Source: an uncultured Thermoanaerobaculia bacterium (GTDB taxonomy: Bacteria; Acidobacteriota; Thermoanaerobaculia; Gp7-AA8). Taken from it: DNA of 64,000 bases. The position numbers and the translations under genes were made by a program. Positions within the stretch are counted from its first letter, which is position 1; each line of letters begins with the position of its first letter. Shown piece after piece: positions 62,174 through 64,000 of the stretch. The DNA lies in NCBI GenBank assembly GCA_964558905.1, contig CAZLGP010000232.1:34824-98823 (forward strand), in the 5' to 3' direction. The notes under the pieces were generated by a model. It made no database searches. It saw only the letters and a program-made list of their open reading frames with translations, and was not told the origin of the DNA.

Positions 62174-64000
62174 ATGCCGCAATCGATCGAGTTTCAAAAG
62201 CATCTGCTGGACACCTACCCCGACGTCTACACCCCCGCCGCGCACGCGGCCATCGAAGCCCTCGCGCCGCTGGACGAGGCCCGCCGCGACGTCATGACCC
62301 GGCGCACGCAACGGCGCGCCGAGCGCGCGCGCACGCGGACGCGCATCGATTTCCTCGACGCCGATGCCGTGATTCCGCGCACCCACCTCCGCGTCCGCGA
62401 CGCGCGCGAGGGCAACTTCGACGGTGGCGAGATCCCGCGCGATCTGCAGCGGCAGTGGATCCAGGGCACCGGTCCCGCGACGAAACCACGCGCGTCGACG
62501 GAGTCCGGCATTCGCAACGTCGCCTACGCCCTCCTCTCCGGTGCCGACGGCTGGATGTTCGACGGCGAGGACGCCCTCGGCCAGGTCGACACGATGTCGC
62601 TCGACAACCAGCGCAACCTGAGCCTCGCCATCGCCCGCGATCCGCTCTTCCTCCGCGTCGCCGAGCAGGTCGCGTCCGAGATGAACGACTGGGCGAAGGG
62701 CTTCTTCGGTCGGACGATCATCGACGACTGGCGCGCGCAGCTCGATTTCACGACGATCCTCTTCCGCGCCCGCGGTCTCCACCTCGACGACCGCCACATC
62801 GCCGCGTCCGACGGCGGCTTTTCCGCTTCCATCATCGACGTCGCACTGTTCGTCACGAACAACCACCAGCGCCTACGCGAGCGAGGCTCGTCGATCGCAC
62901 TCTATCTGCCCAAGATCCAGACCGCCGAGGATGCAGCACTCTGGAACGACATCCTCACCGCGCTCGAGCAACACCTCGGACTGCCCCTTGGAACGATCAA
63001 GGCCTATGTCCTCGTCGAACAGCTCGAAGCCGCATTCCAGTTGATGGAGATCCGCGCCGCCCTCGGCCTGCACTTCGTCGGCTTCAACACCGGCCGCTGG
63101 GACTACATCAACAGCGTCGCCGACGCGCTCTGGTGGGACCGCACCTTCACCAATCCCAACATCGACGCCATCACCATGACCTACGGCTACATGCGGATCT
63201 ACGAAGACCGGGTGCGCCGCGCCGTCAATACGCCCGATCGCAACGGCCGCTTCGCGCTCTGGCAGGGCGGGATGGAGCCGAACATCCCCGTCGGCTCCGA
63301 GGCCGGCGTCACCGCGGGCATGACCCGCGCCGTCGCCGGCGCGGAGCGCGAGCAGCGCGAAGGCGCGAGCGGCAAGTGGGTCGCGCATTGGAAGATGGTC
63401 CACATCGTCCGCCCCGTGTGGGAAAAGACCGGCCAGACGAACCAGCTCGGCCGCCAGTTCCCGCCCCTCACCTACACGAAGGACGACGCCGCCGCGCTCG
63501 CGCTGCTCGAGCCGGCGCCGCGCACCGAGCGCGGCGCGCGCGATCTCCTCAGCGTCGCCCTGCAGTACGGCAACGCCTTCGGGCGCGGCTTCCAGGCCGC
63601 CGCACTCAAGCCCGCCGACTTCTTCGGCAACGAGGACGTCCTCTATCTGATGGAGGACATGGCCACCGGCGAGATTCGCGTGAGCATCCTCTGGGAGTGG
63701 CTGCACAAGGACGCACGCTTCACCGACGACGATGCTCCCTTCACCGCGGAGCTGTTCGATCGCCTCCTCGAAGAGGAGTACGCGAAGCTGCTCGCCGCGA
63801 AGAACAAGGACGTCCACGACGACTCGAAGACGACCACCCTGCCCATCGCGCGCGCCGTCGTCGAAGCCATCGTCCGCCACCCGACCAAGGGCCCCTGGTA
63901 CATCGACCTCCTCAATCTCAATCTCAACAACCACGATCTGAAGACCGCCCAGCAGCGCATCGCCCGCTACTTCGAAGCCTTCGACCGCGACGGAACGCGG
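62174..64000 (+). CDS. Malate synthase family protein, 3'-truncated by window edge (not in supplied ORF track)
   Basis: ATG 62174 with GAAGGAA 6 nt upstream. Open frame of 609 codons to the last base. Strings IPRDLQRQWIQGTGPA, LYLPKIQTAEDAALWNDI, IKAYVLVEQLEAAFQLMEI, GFNTGRWDYINS, MEDMATGEIRVSILWEW. Confidence 0.8.
   Translation, partial: MPQSIEFQKHLLDTYPDVYTPAAHAAIEALAPLDEARRDVMTRRTQRRAERARTRTRIDFLDADAVIPRTHLRVRDAREGNFDGGEIPRDLQRQWIQGTGPATKPRASTESGIRNVAYALLSGADGWMFDGEDALGQVDTMSLDNQRNLSLAIARDPLFLRVAEQVASEMNDWAKGFFGRTIIDDWRAQLDFTTILFRARGLHLDDRHIAASDGGFSASIIDVALFVTNNHQRLRERGSSIALYLPKIQTAEDAALWNDILTALEQHLGLPLGTIKAYVLVEQLEAAFQLMEIRAALGLHFVGFNTGRWDYINSVADALWWDRTFTNPNIDAITMTYGYMRIYEDRVRRAVNTPDRNGRFALWQGGMEPNIPVGSEAGVTAGMTRAVAGAEREQREGASGKWVAHWKMVHIVRPVWEKTGQTNQLGRQFPPLTYTKDDAAALALLEPAPRTERGARDLLSVALQYGNAFGRGFQAAALKPADFFGNEDVLYLMEDMATGEIRVSILWEWLHKDARFTDDDAPFTAELFDRLLEEEYAKLLAAKNKDVHDDSKTTTLPIARAVVEAIVRHPTKGPWYIDLLNLNLNNHDLKTAQQRIARYFEAFDRDGTR

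Overview
GC-rich bacterial chromosomal window, roughly two-thirds G+C by eye (not computed). I found no rRNA, tRNA or CRISPR by inspection and count about 50 credible protein genes. (1) 2.6-11.2 kb, minus strand: a complete Thauera-type class I (ATP-dependent) benzoyl-CoA degradation cluster, had-oah-dch-bcrC-bcrB-bcrA-bcrD plus a translationally coupled SDR. Most junctions are 4-nt ATGA overlaps. (2) 11-22 kb: penicillin-acylase-family protein, DUF481 porin, HU, GNATs, OYE flavoenzyme, SurE and a large IPTL-CTERM repeat protein. (3) 22.7-29.5 kb: an accessory/defence-like island. It holds decayed genes (IPTL remnant, frameshifted TonB-C, frameshifted XRE), a tandem-duplicated Arr ADP-ribosyltransferase, a RelE/ParE toxin-antitoxin pair, an orphan membrane protein and a wHTH-TPR regulator. 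It also holds a TIR-like (Cap12/PycTIR-type) protein with an unrecognised C-terminal domain behind an AT-rich palindromic operator cluster. This TIR-like locus is my best candidate for an undescribed system. (4) 29.8-64 kb: mostly housekeeping or secreted functions. These are a methyltransferase, TrmJ-like, wHTH-hydrolase-cyclase fusion, desaturase, GlgP, secreted hydrolase, Ldh, GluQRS, halogenase-like flavoenzyme, DUF885, a PLP Cys/Met enzyme, MacB-type ABC system, RIC, a 1077-aa DUF11/GEVED/IPTL-CTERM protein and a malate-synthase-family gene. The malate synthase gene runs off the window end and is absent from the supplied ORF track. The most unusual global property is the repeat content. 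There are two families of short tandem repeats, a 9-mer TAGGACGAA type and a 7-mer GGTTGGC type (degenerate NGTNGNC), organised as inverted hairpin-forming arrays at about 14 loci, plus several REP/MITE families. Three such elements sit in frame inside bcrD, bcrA and the SDR gene. Others supply stop codons or C-terminal tails to flanking genes. Coordinates of repeats are read by eye and may be off by 1-2 nt. CDS ends follow the ORF track, and starts were re-derived by codon arithmetic.
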